Positions 29,612-39,727 of a stretch of DNA of 64,000 nucleotides are shown here, piece by piece. This stretch comes from an uncultured virus (IMG/VR IMGVR_UViG_3300028592_000009) (taxonomy: Duplodnaviria > Heunggongvirae > Uroviricota > Caudoviricetes), in the IMG/VR virus record IMGVR_UViG_3300028592_000009; one strand, written 5' to 3'. Position numbers and translations under genes: made by a program. Every line of letters starts with the position of its first letter. Positions within the stretch are counted from its first letter, which is position 1. Under the pieces are notes generated by a model. The model did no database searches. It saw only the letters and a list, made by a program, of their open reading frames with translations, and was not told the origin of the DNA.

Positions 29612-30666
29612 TTCTTGTCCATCCCCGGCCGACGGCCGATCGTGTGGAACAGCGGCTTGAAGGAGCGCTGCTCGTCCTTGGCCCACGGCTTGTCACACTG
29701 GCCCTCCGGCGACTCCCAGCCCTGGAAGGTGCACTTGGCGCCGATGCGCCCCTGGCCGAAGCAGGTGTGGCAGGTGATGGTCTCGTACTTGTCGTACGCG
29801 ACCTTGCCTTCGACCTCGCCCTTGCCGTTGCAGTCCTGGCAGACGGAGCCGGTCTTCTCGCAGGAGATCTTGACGTACGGGGCGAGCCAGTGGTTCTCGC
29901 CCTCGGAGCCGACGAGCTCGGCGCGCATGAGGCGCATGACCTCGACCATCTCCCACATGAACATGGAGCAGGCCCGATAGGCGTAGACGTTGATGAACTC
30001 GCGCACGGTGTAGGTGCACTGGATGAAGTTCACCGTGCCCTCGACGAGGACGAACCGAGCGTCCTGGTACGAGATGTCCTCCTCGCACGCGATGCGGTAC
30101 GCGTCCCACGTCGCCGCCACGGCCTTCTCGAACGCGGCCCGAGCCCGAGGGTTCTTGTACACCGACAGCGGCATGCGGACGTCCGGCCGGTCGCCGTAGA
30201 ACGTCGCGCGCTGGGACTGCTGGTTGAACGCCGCGTTGCGCGTCCGGACGAGCTGATGGGTGAGCGCCCGGCTCGCGTTGTAGATCCGGAAGACGATGGT
30301 GTCGGACTCCAGGGCTCCCTGCAGGCCGCCCTTCATCATCTCCTCCCAGTCCCGCTCGTCACCCGGGGCGTGCGGGTCGATGCCGACCGTGGCCCGCGTC
30401 GCGGACGACAGCACCGACTTGAACACCTCGAAGTTCGGCGCCTTGACGAGTTCGACCCGGAGACCGGCCGTGCCGACATGCAGGGTGTTCTGATCGTACG
30501 GGCTGACGTGCTCGCCGTCGTTGACCGAGTGCTTGTTGAACACGAGGTCGGTGAGCTTGGCGTCGGAGAGGTCCTGCGGATTGGTGTTGTAGTACGCGTT
30601 GCTGGTTCCGTCGTAGACGTTGCCTTCGCGGTGCTCGACGAGCCAGGACGGGATGCTGTTGCTCAT
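29608..30666 (-). CDS. thyX: ThyX-like flavin-dependent thymidylate synthase (divergent, with CxxCxGxG insertion)
   Basis: 'ASRALTHQLVRTRNAAFNQQSQR', 'QDARFVL', 'RAC...WE'. Confidence 0.8.
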   Translation of the reverse strand: MSNSIPSWLVEHREGNVYDGTSNAYYNTNPQDLSDAKLTDLVFNKHSVNDGEHVSPYDQNTLHVGTAGLRVELVKAPNFEVFKSVLSSATRATVGIDPHAPGDERDWEEMMKGGLQGALESDTIVFRIYNASRALTHQLVRTRNAAFNQQSQRATFYGDRPDVRMPLSVYKNPRARAAFEKAVAATWDAYRIACEEDISYQDARFVLVEGTVNFIQCTYTVREFINVYAYRACSMFMWEMVEVMRLMRAELVGSEGENHWLAPYVKISCEKTGSVCQDCNGKGEVEGKVAYDKYETITCHTCFGQGRIGAKCTFQGWESPEGQCDKPWAKDEQRSFKPLFHTIGRRPGMDKK

Positions 30667-30736
30667 GCTGTGGTGTTCCTCTGCAGGAGGGGCGCCCCGA
30701 CCAACTTGTGGTCGAGGCGCCCGAGTTGGGTTGTTG

Positions 30737-31060
30737 TTACTTGGTCTTGTGGGCGTAGGCCGGGAACTCGACGAGCTCGTCGTCCGAGTTCAGCATCCGC
30801 TTGACGTTGGCGGCCGGACGCCAGGAGGCGCGGACGGACGGCGCGATCTCGACGGGCTCGCCGGTCTGCGGGTTGCGGCCGGTGCGACCCGGGACCTCCT
30901 TGACGGAGAACTTGCCGAAGCCGAAGAGGTCGATCTCGTCCTCCTCGACCATCGCCCGCAGCAGGCCGTCCAGGACGATGTCCAGGGCCTCCTCGGCCTC
31001 CTTCTTGTCGCCGTCGAAACGGGTGTCGGCGATCTGGGCGACGAGGTCCTTCTTCTTCAC
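30737..31060 (-). CDS. HU/IHF family DNA-binding protein
   Basis: 'MKKKDLVAQIA', 'LFGFGKFSV', 'RTGRNPQTGEPVEI'. Confidence 0.93.
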   Translation of the reverse strand: MKKKDLVAQIADTRFDGDKKEAEEALDIVLDGLLRAMVEEDEIDLFGFGKFSVKEVPGRTGRNPQTGEPVEIAPSVRASWRPAANVKRMLNSDDELVEFPAYAHKTK

Positions 31061-31295
31061 GGGGTGTTCCTCTCCTGGTTGATGCGGATGGCGTGTACCA
31101 GCGCACCATGGGCCACGGCTCCGACGGGCGTCGAACCGAAGTCGATAGGGCCGTTGTCGATCATCTTGATCAGATCAACGACGTGATGATGATACCTGAG
31201 CCAAAGCCCAGGGTTTCGGCGGGCGTACGATACGGCGGCGATGGATAGCACTTGGGGGTCAACCTCGTGACTGCTGAGGAATACCTTGACTTCCC

Positions 31296-31541
31296 TTAGT
31301 GCATCTTCGAGCAGTCCGAGTTCCAGATCGCGTTCCAGACCTCGACCTGCGCCTCTCGCCTCCGCCATGTTTCGCCTTTCAGAATTACGTGGACGCCGTC
31401 TTCGAACTTGCCGACGACTGTCCAGTGGTACTTGTGAAGCAGCCCGCGACGACTGATGATCGTCCGGACCCCCGAGAGGCCAGGCACCCACCGAGAACCG
31501 GGGAGCCGGGGGAACGTGGCCTCTCGTCGGTACGATCTCAT
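31296..31541 (-). CDS. hypothetical protein (weakly DUF1508-like)
   Basis: 'KYHWTVV...ILKGETW'; ATGA overlap. Confidence 0.45.
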   Translation of the reverse strand: MRSYRREATFPRLPGSRWVPGLSGVRTIISRRGLLHKYHWTVVGKFEDGVHVILKGETWRRREAQVEVWNAIWNSDCSKMH

Positions 31542-31900
31542 CCGCTCGTCTCGGCCATGCGCTTGAGCTGGCGACGCAGGAGGTCCTCCAGCCAGGCCGT
31601 GAACACGGCCGCGTTCTGTGCGACCTCGATGATGAGCAGGTCCTCGTCGGTCTCGGCCAGAGCCTCCAGGAACTCCTCGGCGGCGATCGTCGCCCAGTCG
31701 TCCTTGCTCGCCTCGTGGTTGGCGTCGCAGACGGTCTTCCACTGCTCAGCGAAGATCTCCGCCACCACAGAGCCGGTGCCGTCGGGGTGATTCTGCTCGC
31801 CCCACTTGACCATCTGGCGGCGACGCTCGTCCCTGATCATCGACATCGCCTTGTGATGGGCGGGGTCGCGCATCAACTGGACCTCGGGGTCCATCTCCAT
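31538..31900 (-). CDS. MazG-like nucleotide pyrophosphohydrolase
   Basis: 'ERRRQMVKWGEQNHPDGTG', 'IAAEEFLEA', 'EVAQNAAVFTAW'. Confidence 0.7.
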   Translation of the reverse strand: MEMDPEVQLMRDPAHHKAMSMIRDERRRQMVKWGEQNHPDGTGSVVAEIFAEQWKTVCDANHEASKDDWATIAAEEFLEALAETDEDLLIIEVAQNAAVFTAWLEDLLRRQLKRMAETSG

Positions 31901-31946
31901 CTCGGTTCCTTTCTCGGAATCAGTACGTTGGCGCGTAAGCGCCGAT

Positions 31947-32471
31947 CTAGCGGGGGTCGGTCCCCTTGCCCATCCCGCCGCTGTTCGCTCGGCTACGGGG
32001 CGCGTAGGCCCCTTCCCGGGGCTCTCCGGCGGCGGGCTCCTTCGAGGCGAGCGCATCGGCGAGCGGGACGACGTAGATCTCCTGCGTCTTCTCGCTGTCG
32101 GAGACGTGCACGTGCTGGGTCGGCACAGGGATGTTGTAGGTCTTGTCGGAGCGCAGCGGGAAGCCGGTCGGGCTGGCGTCGGCCACGGGCTCGGCGAACT
32201 CCTGCAAGGTCTCCTCGTACACCGGCTGCTCGATCGGAGCGACGGTGCCCAGCACCTTCACGAGGATCGTCTCGACGTTCCGCGCCATGATGACCTGCGC
32301 GTCGCCCCGGTCGTTGGTGAACTCGATCGGGTACGAGTCCATGGTCAGCTGGTACTTGACCTTGCCATGGAGGTCCTGGAGCTCCGTGCCCTCCGAGACC
32401 GTGAACGGCATCGTGTTGTACACACGGCCGCTGTTCATGACGTAGGCGAGCTGAACCTGCATGGTGTTCAC
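31947..32471 (-). CDS. hypothetical protein
   Basis: GC3 bias, RBS. Confidence 0.6.
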   Translation of the reverse strand: MNTMQVQLAYVMNSGRVYNTMPFTVSEGTELQDLHGKVKYQLTMDSYPIEFTNDRGDAQVIMARNVETILVKVLGTVAPIEQPVYEETLQEFAEPVADASPTGFPLRSDKTYNIPVPTQHVHVSDSEKTQEIYVVPLADALASKEPAAGEPREGAYAPRSRANSGGMGKGTDPR

Positions 32472-32607
32472 TTGTCGTCCTTCTTCCTGTTGCGAGCCCG
32501 GCGAGGGCCGGACACGAGGGGCTTGACGCTGGTGGCCTGGAACTTGATCCGATGGTTCCTGCCGATCGTGGCGGCCTGGTAGCCACGGATACGGCGCATG
32601 GTGTTGG

Positions 32608-32808
32608 TCACTTCGGACTCTCGAACTGGTAGACGGGGGCGGGCAGGATGCCGTGGTCGGCCATGGCGGGGAACACGAAGTGGAAGATCACGAACGCCAT
32701 CCCGATGAACCCCGCCGCCATGGAGAGGTTCCTCGTCAGGGTGTACTGGACTCGCTGCTTGAGCCCCATGTCCTCTTCGTCGTCCCACAAGGGCTCTCGG
32801 TTCGCCAT
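32608..32808 (-). CDS. small membrane protein
   Basis: One TM segment, RBS. Confidence 0.6.
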   Translation of the reverse strand: MANREPLWDDEEDMGLKQRVQYTLTRNLSMAAGFIGMAFVIFHFVFPAMADHGILPAPVYQFESPK

Positions 32809-32817
32809 GGCCTTCTC

Positions 32818-35800
32818 CTAGTCTGGGTCGATCACCCACATCCGGGTGCAGTGAACAGTCTTGCCGTAGAACGGCTTCTTCTCGACTCGCATGAGAACGA
32901 AGTCGTGGTTGAGCGTGATGTCCCAGAGCGCATCCTTGAGCTTCGGGTACATCCACCGGTTGACCTTGACCGTCATCAGTCCGGACTTGTCCTCCATGTA
33001 CAGCGTCATGCTGTCCTTGAGGTCGGGGTCCTTGACCGTGGCCGGGTCGAGCTCGTCGCCGGTTCGCGATCGATGGTTCTCGTAGAGGTCCTGGAGGTTA
33101 CGAGCCCTGACCGTCCCCATAATCACGTGCGAGGACTTCTTGGCCTCGTAGGGGATGTCATCAGCCAGCGTGTCCGGGATCGGCATGCTGCCCAGCCGAC
33201 CCGCCTTGATCTCCTTGACGATGGATGCCGCGCCGTTCTCCAGCTTGTCCAGCTCGAAGGGGTCGTCCTTCGTGCAGAACTCCATGATCATTTCCATCTT
33301 GGCCGGTCCGATGCCCCGAACTTTAATCAGGTCTTCCCAGTTTTGGAAACCCCCAACCTCTTCTCGCTGCTCGACAATTGCCTCGGCGAACTTCTCACCG
33401 ATGCCCTTGATCTGCAAGAACCCGGCCTGAACGCCGTCGCCCTGAGGGGCGATCTCCCAGGTCTCGGAGGATCCCTCCAGCTGCGGCGGATAGATCTTGA
33501 AGCTCCGCCCGAACCTCGCGTCGCCCGCGTCTCGCATCAGTGCGATGTCGTTCCGCTTCTTCGGGTCGGGCTTGGTCTTGCGGAGCTGGGCCGCGTAGAA
33601 CGCCAACGGATGGTGCTGCTTGAGCCACATGCACCAGAAGGCCAGCATGGAGTAGGACACGCAGTGCGCCATGTTGAACGCGTACGTTCCAGAGGTGACG
33701 AGCTTCTTCCAGATCTTGTCGGCGAGGTCGTCGCTGATGTCCTGCGACCGAGCCCCCTCCAGGAACTGCCCGTACAGCCGGTTGAAGGCGGCCTCGCCCT
33801 TCTTCTGCGAGATGACCTTCCGGATCTCCGAGGCGTGGACCCAGGGGAACTTGCCGACGTTCCGGCACAGCGCGAGGATCTGCTCCTGGTAGATGATCTG
33901 GTACTGGCTGTAGTGCGTGAGTTCGTCTACCAGCGGATGGAGATGCTCGACTTGCTGACGACCGTGCTTGACGGCGATGTAGTCACCAGTCGAACCCGAG
34001 TGAAGCGGACCAGGCCGAGACAGCGCATTGATGTCGCAGAGCTCCAGGAACGTGGTGGGCGCGACCTCCTGACACACCATCCGAGTTGTACGGCCCTCGA
34101 ACTGGAAGATGCCAACAACGTCAGCCCGCCGGAAGGCGTCGAGAGTCTTCTCGTCCTCCATGCTGATGGCGTACAGGTCTTCAAGCGTCATCCCGATCAG
34201 TTCGAGGGCGATGCGGATCATGCCCATGGTCTGGAGCCCCAGGGCATCCAACTTGAGGAGGCCGAGGTACTCGCCGTCATACTTGTCCACGGAGAGAACG
34301 GACAGCGTCTTCTTCTCCTTGCCCACGTTGTGCTTCGTGTACGTGGCCACGTACTCCGTGAGCGGCTGCGCTCCAACGACCACACCAGCGGCGTGGACTC
34401 CGAAGCCCTTGAGGTTGCCTTCCAGCTCGATCGCCTTGTGGAGGATTGGGTATCGCTCGAAGACCGCCTTGGCCTGGGGGAACGCCTCGACCGTGTCAGC
34501 GAGCGACGCGTCGAACCGGCTGTCACCGCCCGACCGCTCGACGATCACCTCCTTGACCTGGTCGGCCTCGAAGGCGGGCACCTCGTAGACTCGCGCCACA
34601 TCGTCAATGGAGTTCTTACCTCGATATCGGGTGTAGGTTCCGATGTTGCCGACGCGGTCAACTCCGTATCGCCGGATCATGTGTTGGCGAACGTAGTCTC
34701 GATTCTCGTCATCGAAGTCGAGGTCGACATCCGGCAGGTCATGTCGGTTCGGGTCGATGAACCGCTCGAACATCATCTGCGGATACAGCATCGGGTCGAT
34801 CTCGGTGATGCGCAGGAGATAGCAGACGAGCGAAGCGGCGGCCGATCCTCGCGCCGGTCCGACCGGGATGCCTGCGTCCTTGGTGTGGCGGACGGCGTCG
34901 GACAGCATGAGGAAGTAGTCGACGAAGTCCTTGCTCACGATCAGGCCGAGCTCGTACTCCACACGCTGCACATAGTCGCGCTGACGAGCCTTGGGCATGC
35001 GGTTGAACTTGCGATACTTCCAGCCGTCGTTGAGCCAGACCCGGATCATGTCGACATTGGTCATGCCCTCCTTGAAGGAGTCCTCGACCTCCAGCGGGTA
35101 ACGAACCCGGTCCATCTTCGGAAGTCGAACGTTGCAACGCTCAGCGATCTCAGCCGTGTTGGCGATGGCCTGCTCGGCTCCGGACTTGCTCAGGCCAGTG
35201 CCACGGAGCCGCTCGTAGATGGTCTCGTCCGACGTGGGGAACGTCAGCCGGATGTCGTACTCCCAGCCCGCCTCAGCGGCGGCCACGGTTCCGATGTTAC
35301 GACCGGCGGCGTGGAGGATCTTCTGGATCTCGTTCTCTTCCGGGAACGGGTAGTGGCAGTCGGACGTGGCGGCCAGCTTGATGCCCGTCCGCTTGCTCTG
35401 TTCCTCGAACCAGGTGTTGAGGAGGCCGGACCTCTGCAGCTCGGGGAACTGCTGCGTCTCCAGGTAGTACCTATCTCCGAACAGACGCTGGAAGCTCTCC
35501 ATGACCTTGCGAGCCTGACGCTCGTCTCCGGTCTGGATCCACTTGCCTCCGAGCAGCGCGTTGGACAGCATCGAGTCCGCGCAGCCCGACAGGCAGATGA
35601 GCCCCTCGTGGTGGTCCTTGAGGATGTTGCCGGTGACCGTCGGCCACCGATAGAAGCCCTCTGCCCAGGATCGCGTCACGATCTGGTTCAGGTTGTGCAG
35701 GCCGGTCTCGTCCATCGCCAGCAGAGTGAGGTGCGCCTTCTGCGACATGCCGACGCGGAGCTTGCCAGACTTGTCGATCCACTCCATCTCGCGCATGTTG

Positions 35801-36015
35801 CCCGGAGCGGTGTACGCCTCCAGACCGAACAGCGGCTTGATCCCGTACTTGTCACACGACAGCATGTGCTTGACGTGCGACGAGATGTTGCCGTGCTCGG
35901 TCAACGCCAGGGCCGACATGCCGAGTTCGGCGGCACGCGCGGCGTGCTTGTCAGGCGAGCCGAATCCGTCCATGTACGAGTATGTAGTGTGGTGATGCAG
36001 AGAGACGTACTTCAC
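32818..36015 (-). CDS. dnaE: DNA polymerase III alpha subunit (DnaE-like)
   Basis: PHP 'SLHHHTTYSYMDG/TEHGN', 'GPARGSAAASLVCYLLRIT', catalytic 'PDVDLDFD', 'HAAGVV', 'KLDALGL', 'YAFNMAH'. Confidence 0.96.
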   Translation of the reverse strand: MKYVSLHHHTTYSYMDGFGSPDKHAARAAELGMSALALTEHGNISSHVKHMLSCDKYGIKPLFGLEAYTAPGNMREMEWIDKSGKLRVGMSQKAHLTLLAMDETGLHNLNQIVTRSWAEGFYRWPTVTGNILKDHHEGLICLSGCADSMLSNALLGGKWIQTGDERQARKVMESFQRLFGDRYYLETQQFPELQRSGLLNTWFEEQSKRTGIKLAATSDCHYPFPEENEIQKILHAAGRNIGTVAAAEAGWEYDIRLTFPTSDETIYERLRGTGLSKSGAEQAIANTAEIAERCNVRLPKMDRVRYPLEVEDSFKEGMTNVDMIRVWLNDGWKYRKFNRMPKARQRDYVQRVEYELGLIVSKDFVDYFLMLSDAVRHTKDAGIPVGPARGSAAASLVCYLLRITEIDPMLYPQMMFERFIDPNRHDLPDVDLDFDDENRDYVRQHMIRRYGVDRVGNIGTYTRYRGKNSIDDVARVYEVPAFEADQVKEVIVERSGGDSRFDASLADTVEAFPQAKAVFERYPILHKAIELEGNLKGFGVHAAGVVVGAQPLTEYVATYTKHNVGKEKKTLSVLSVDKYDGEYLGLLKLDALGLQTMGMIRIALELIGMTLEDLYAISMEDEKTLDAFRRADVVGIFQFEGRTTRMVCQEVAPTTFLELCDINALSRPGPLHSGSTGDYIAVKHGRQQVEHLHPLVDELTHYSQYQIIYQEQILALCRNVGKFPWVHASEIRKVISQKKGEAAFNRLYGQFLEGARSQDISDDLADKIWKKLVTSGTYAFNMAHCVSYSMLAFWCMWLKQHHPLAFYAAQLRKTKPDPKKRNDIALMRDAGDARFGRSFKIYPPQLEGSSETWEIAPQGDGVQAGFLQIKGIGEKFAEAIVEQREEVGGFQNWEDLIKVRGIGPAKMEMIMEFCTKDDPFELDKLENGAASIVKEIKAGRLGSMPIPDTLADDIPYEAKKSSHVIMGTVRARNLQDLYENHRSRTGDELDPATVKDPDLKDSMTLYMEDKSGLMTVKVNRWMYPKLKDALWDITLNHDFVLMRVEKKPFYGKTVHCTRMWVIDPD

Positions 36016-36281
36016 TTGGTCTTCCTCGTCCAGGAGCCGGGCTCCTCAAGTTCCCCAACTCGCTTGCCGTTGCTGACCACTTGCTCGTAGACCCAGTCCA
36101 TGTAGTCCTCGAACCGAGCGGCCTCAACTCGCAGCAACCTTACTGCGGCCGTGGCCAGTCCGGACCGGCGTCCTTCGGTGAACCTGTTGGCGCCCGTCTC
36201 GGACTTGATGTGCCTGTCGTGCTTGAGGATCTCGTTGACCAGCCAGAGGACCTCGCCTCTGCTCAGGAATCCAGCCGCCAT
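36012..36281 (-). CDS. hypothetical protein
   Basis: AAGGAGG RBS, overlaps dnaE start. Confidence 0.6.
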   Translation of the reverse strand: MAAGFLSRGEVLWLVNEILKHDRHIKSETGANRFTEGRRSGLATAAVRLLRVEAARFEDYMDWVYEQVVSNGKRVGELEEPGSWTRKTK

Positions 36282-36347
36282 GAAACCTCCTTGGTGCAAA
36301 GGAGCCGCCCCGCACTGGCCACGGGGCGGCTCCAGTCTGTGTGCGGC

Positions 36348-37199
36348 CTAGAGGCCGTGCTGCTCGGCGTCCGACTCGCCGAAGGCGGGCGAGCTGAACC
36401 CGCGCGCCTGGTCGACGAGGTGCTGGTAGGCGGCGGCCTGGTTGTTGGAGACCTCGTCGGCCACCTTCATCCAGTGCTCGCGCTCGCCCTTGTCGAGATC
36501 GATCCAGCGGCACGTCGGCCCGGAGTTGAAGCGCTCGTACAGCCGCTGAGCCATCGTGGTGGCGACGGGGTGCAGCGTGAGCTTCATCTCGCCACCGAAC
36601 TTGAAGCGGTCTTCGTCGCCGACCTTCAGACCGGCGACGGTGTACTCGCCGACGCCCTCGGGGCCGGTGACGGTCAGTCGGTCGCCCTTCTCGACGATCG
36701 GCACGTCCATCACGAAGCTCGGCTTGATGCGCATGCCGCACCGGGCCACCAGCCGGTTGGCGAGGTCCGTGCCGAGGACGTTGGAGATGCTCATGGCCTT
36801 CTCCGGACCGCCGTACTCGTCGATGAGCCTGTCGAGGAACTCATCCGTCGACATCGTCGAGTAGGCGTGCTCGCGCTCGACCTCGTTGGCCATACGCTTC
36901 ATGTACAGCGTGAGGAAGAGGTGGCCGATGAGGTCCTGGATGATCTCCTCCTCGTCCTCGAAGCCGAGCTCCTCGCCGTCCCACATCGACCGCTTGAGCT
37001 TGATCATCTTGCGGTGGATGTCGGAGTACTGGCCTCGGATGCCGAGCTCGAAGGCGGAGCCCGACCCGTAGTCGGCGTTCTTCGCGGAGAAGAGCGCCAG
37101 CCAGTCGGGCATGATCTCCAGCGCGATGGCGCGGAGCTCCTTGCTGTCGCTCTCCTCGGCGAGAAGAGTCACGGCGTTGATGGCGGCTTCCTGCTTCAT
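36348..37199 (-). CDS. DUF1599 / nucleotide-modification-associated domain protein
   Basis: 'KNADYG', 'DIHRKMIKL', 'IQDLIGH' pattern plus C-terminal extension. Confidence 0.65.
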   Translation of the reverse strand: MKQEAAINAVTLLAEESDSKELRAIALEIMPDWLALFSAKNADYGSGSAFELGIRGQYSDIHRKMIKLKRSMWDGEELGFEDEEEIIQDLIGHLFLTLYMKRMANEVEREHAYSTMSTDEFLDRLIDEYGGPEKAMSISNVLGTDLANRLVARCGMRIKPSFVMDVPIVEKGDRLTVTGPEGVGEYTVAGLKVGDEDRFKFGGEMKLTLHPVATTMAQRLYERFNSGPTCRWIDLDKGEREHWMKVADEVSNNQAAAYQHLVDQARGFSSPAFGESDAEQHGL

Positions 37200-37828
37200 G
37201 CGTTGTTCCTGTTCTTGTGCATCTCGATGTAGGCGAGGATGCTCTCCTGCGCCTCGTTCAGGTCCATGACGACGGACTGGTCGTAGTCCGTCTGGTAGGA
37301 CCGGTTGGCCTCGTTGCGACGCATGATGGTCTGGATGCCCAGACTCCGCGCCACCTTGATCTGGCTGAGGTCGTCGTCGATCGCGCACACGACGCGCTCC
37401 CGGCCGACCGACTTGACGAGGTCTCTGTACTTGTGCTCGCCGTACAGGATGTAGTCGACCTGCAGACCGTTGCGCTTCATCCAGTGCTGCGTGTCGAGGT
37501 CGATCGTCGACATGTGCAGGTACGGACGTGTCGTGCACGCGATCACGCGCACACCCTCGCCACGGATCGCCTTGGTCAGGTCGCGGGCTCCGTCGAACAC
37601 CGGCATGGACCGCTTCATGCCGCCCATCCGATACGCCAACTTGCATGCCCGATATGTGGCCTTGCTCATGCCGAGCTGCTTGTAGAACGAGCCGTCGATG
37701 CTCGGGTCCCAGCGGATGTCGCGCCCGGTCCACATCTGAGCGAATCGCTCGAAGTGGCGATGGTAGTCCCCCATCGTTCCGTCGAGGTCCAGCGCGACGA
37801 CGGGCGAGTCAGGCGTCGGTCGGGGCAT
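37196..37828 (-). CDS. HAD-superfamily phosphatase / 5'-nucleotidase-like
   Basis: 'ALDLDGT', 'CTTRP', 'AIDDD'. Confidence 0.8.
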   Translation of the reverse strand: MPRPTPDSPVVALDLDGTMGDYHRHFERFAQMWTGRDIRWDPSIDGSFYKQLGMSKATYRACKLAYRMGGMKRSMPVFDGARDLTKAIRGEGVRVIACTTRPYLHMSTIDLDTQHWMKRNGLQVDYILYGEHKYRDLVKSVGRERVVCAIDDDLSQIKVARSLGIQTIMRRNEANRSYQTDYDQSVVMDLNEAQESILAYIEMHKNRNNA

Positions 37829-38615
37829 CGGTCTTACCTTCCAGTCGGTCGATCAGCTTCATGGTGTCGTCCCAGGCCTCGTGGCTCAGGACGCCCTTCT
37901 TCCACTGACCGTACCTTCCCATGCGGACGACGTCGGGGAGGCAGCGACACGTCGTGGTCGTCGGCTTCTCGACAAGCCACAGCCCGTGGCCCTTGCGCAC
38001 GCCGCCGTTCCTGTCCGGGTGCTGGCTCAGGGGCCACTCGGTATTCTCGTGCCCCTGGATCTTGCTCGCCCGGTACCAGGGGAATCCGGGCTCGCCCTGA
38101 CACAGCACGGTGTTGTCGGAGAGCTCAACCTCGCTGTAGTCCGAGGACCACACCTTCGTCGATCCGAACCAGTGCTCCTGGGTGCAGAGCAGCTTGGCCG
38201 GGATCGTCGAGATCGTCGCGTCCGGCTCGACGAAGTGGACGAGGCGGGCGATGCTGTCTCCGATCCCGGCCTCGAAGCCGGTCACCGTGTGGCCGTACCG
38301 GTCCCAGAGCCAGTCGTAGGCCTCGCGGATGTCCCAGGCGAGGTGGCGGCCGACCAGCGTCTCCGGCGACACCTGCACGGCCGAGCCCGCGCCGTACACC
38401 TTGTCGCGATAGCCGTCGATCGAGCCGCTCATCTCGTAACTGATGAGGAACGGCTCGGACTTGCTGGCGTCCGGGATCGGCGCGTGGAGGTACTGCGCAC
38501 CGTTCATGAACGACTTGCGCGGCTTGCTGTAGATGTGCGGGACGTGCCCGCGACTGGCCACGGCATGCGCAGCGATCAGACCGGCGGGTCCGCACCCGAG
38601 GATGAGGATCTTCAC
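37809..38615 (-). CDS. FAD/NAD(P)-dependent oxidoreductase
   Basis: Rossmann 'ILGCGPAGLIAA', 'GAQYLH', 'ISTIP', C-terminal 'GRYGQW'. Confidence 0.8.
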   Translation of the reverse strand: MKILILGCGPAGLIAAHAVASRGHVPHIYSKPRKSFMNGAQYLHAPIPDASKSEPFLISYEMSGSIDGYRDKVYGAGSAVQVSPETLVGRHLAWDIREAYDWLWDRYGHTVTGFEAGIGDSIARLVHFVEPDATISTIPAKLLCTQEHWFGSTKVWSSDYSEVELSDNTVLCQGEPGFPWYRASKIQGHENTEWPLSQHPDRNGGVRKGHGLWLVEKPTTTTCRCLPDVVRMGRYGQWKKGVLSHEAWDDTMKLIDRLEGKTDAPTDA

Positions 38616-38793
38616 AGTTGGTCGTTCCTTACGTTCTCGACCGGCCTCCAGCCGGTCTCATGGATGCGAGCCTCGTACTGCTCGCTGTTGCCGAAGTGGG
38701 TCGGGCATCCGGCGGACATCACATGGACTCCGCCACAGGGCTTCACCCTCTCGCACGTGCACGCATCGTCTGGCACAACACAGCATACCAGAC

Positions 38794-38997
38794 TCATGAG
38801 TTGGCCGCCTTGTCCATCATCCTGCGCTCGGCGAGCATCCAGGTGTCGGGGTTGAAGCCCCATCGCTCGGCGTCCCACTCCGTGGCCCGGTCTCGGTAGT
38901 CCAGCCAGATGTCGAGCAGTTCGTCCTGCGCCTGTCGACTGGTGGCGTTCGAGATCCTGTTGGCCAGATGCCACTTGGCCGCCTCGCCCATGGGCAT
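38794..38997 (-). CDS. hypothetical protein
   Basis: MPMGEAAKW...; coupled to upstream stop. Confidence 0.5.
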   Translation of the reverse strand: MPMGEAAKWHLANRISNATSRQAQDELLDIWLDYRDRATEWDAERWGFNPDTWMLAERRMMDKAANS

Positions 38998-39551
38998 CAG
39001 ATGTTCGCCACCCTCTTGATGACGTCGTCCGGCAGCCACAGGTCGTCGCATGCCATCGCCGTCCGATCCCGCTTGTTGACCATGAGCTTGTACCCTCCAG
39101 CCGGATCGGCGACCGGCCAGAGCATCGGCCAGTACTCGTCAACTCCCTGGTACGGGATGGCGTAGTCCGGGATGATCGCCTTGGTCCGGACGCCGGTGGA
39201 CCAATGGGACTTGATCAGGTCCTCGTCTTCGTACCAGGGCGGCTGCTCGAACAGCGTGCCCTCCTCGGCGATCTTCTTGCCCTGGTTGGCGAACACCCAG
39301 AACTTGCCGAGGTCGTCGCACCTGTTGACCCGCATCTCCACGCAAGCCAGCGATGCGTAGGTGTACAGGGCCAACAGGTTCCCGCGCCAACCGAGCTCCG
39401 CCGGTGCGAGCTTGGTGTCGGCGTCGGACAGGAGCAGTCGGTCCGTCGCCTCCTCCATGTACATGATCATGTCGGAGATCGCCTCGTCGTAGAGGACCTC
39501 CAAGGTATCGGTCGGCGTCCTATACAGCCACCACAGGATGTTGGTGCTCAC
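38997..39551 (-). CDS. divergent MSMEG_6728 / pyrimidine-dimer glycosylase-like protein
   Basis: 'PAELGWRG..LALYTY..AC.EM', 'PPWYEDEDLIKSH', terminal 'WP'. Confidence 0.55.
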   Translation of the reverse strand: MSTNILWWLYRTPTDTLEVLYDEAISDMIMYMEEATDRLLLSDADTKLAPAELGWRGNLLALYTYASLACVEMRVNRCDDLGKFWVFANQGKKIAEEGTLFEQPPWYEDEDLIKSHWSTGVRTKAIIPDYAIPYQGVDEYWPMLWPVADPAGGYKLMVNKRDRTAMACDDLWLPDDVIKRVANI

Positions 39552-39727
39552 TCGTACTCCTCAAGGTTCACCTGGAAGCCGGGCTTGCCTTCGACGATGT
39601 CGAGGATCTCGACGCCGTTGTCCTCCATCTCGTCAGCCCGGTCGTTGGCGAGATCCTCTGTGTACGACACGACCGTGGCGCGCGGACGGCCGTCCTCGCC
39701 ACGGTACACCACTCGATAGTCCCTCAT
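39548..39727 (-). CDS. hypothetical protein (59 aa, MRDYRVVY...)
   Basis: Read by hand; overlaps both neighbours by 4 bp. Confidence 0.6.
   Translation of the reverse strand: MRDYRVVYRGEDGRPRATVVSYTEDLANDRADEMEDNGVEILDIVEGKPGFQVNLEEYE

Noticed and set aside
32818..36015. Intein or intron in dnaE or terL
   Set aside because: Lengths and motif order are continuous; no splicing or homing-endonuclease motifs seen
38440..38446. Other CUGANGA matches (38440 on +, ~39610 on -)
   Set aside because: Inside coding sequence and lacking the GAAAC, GUC and stems needed for a hammerhead
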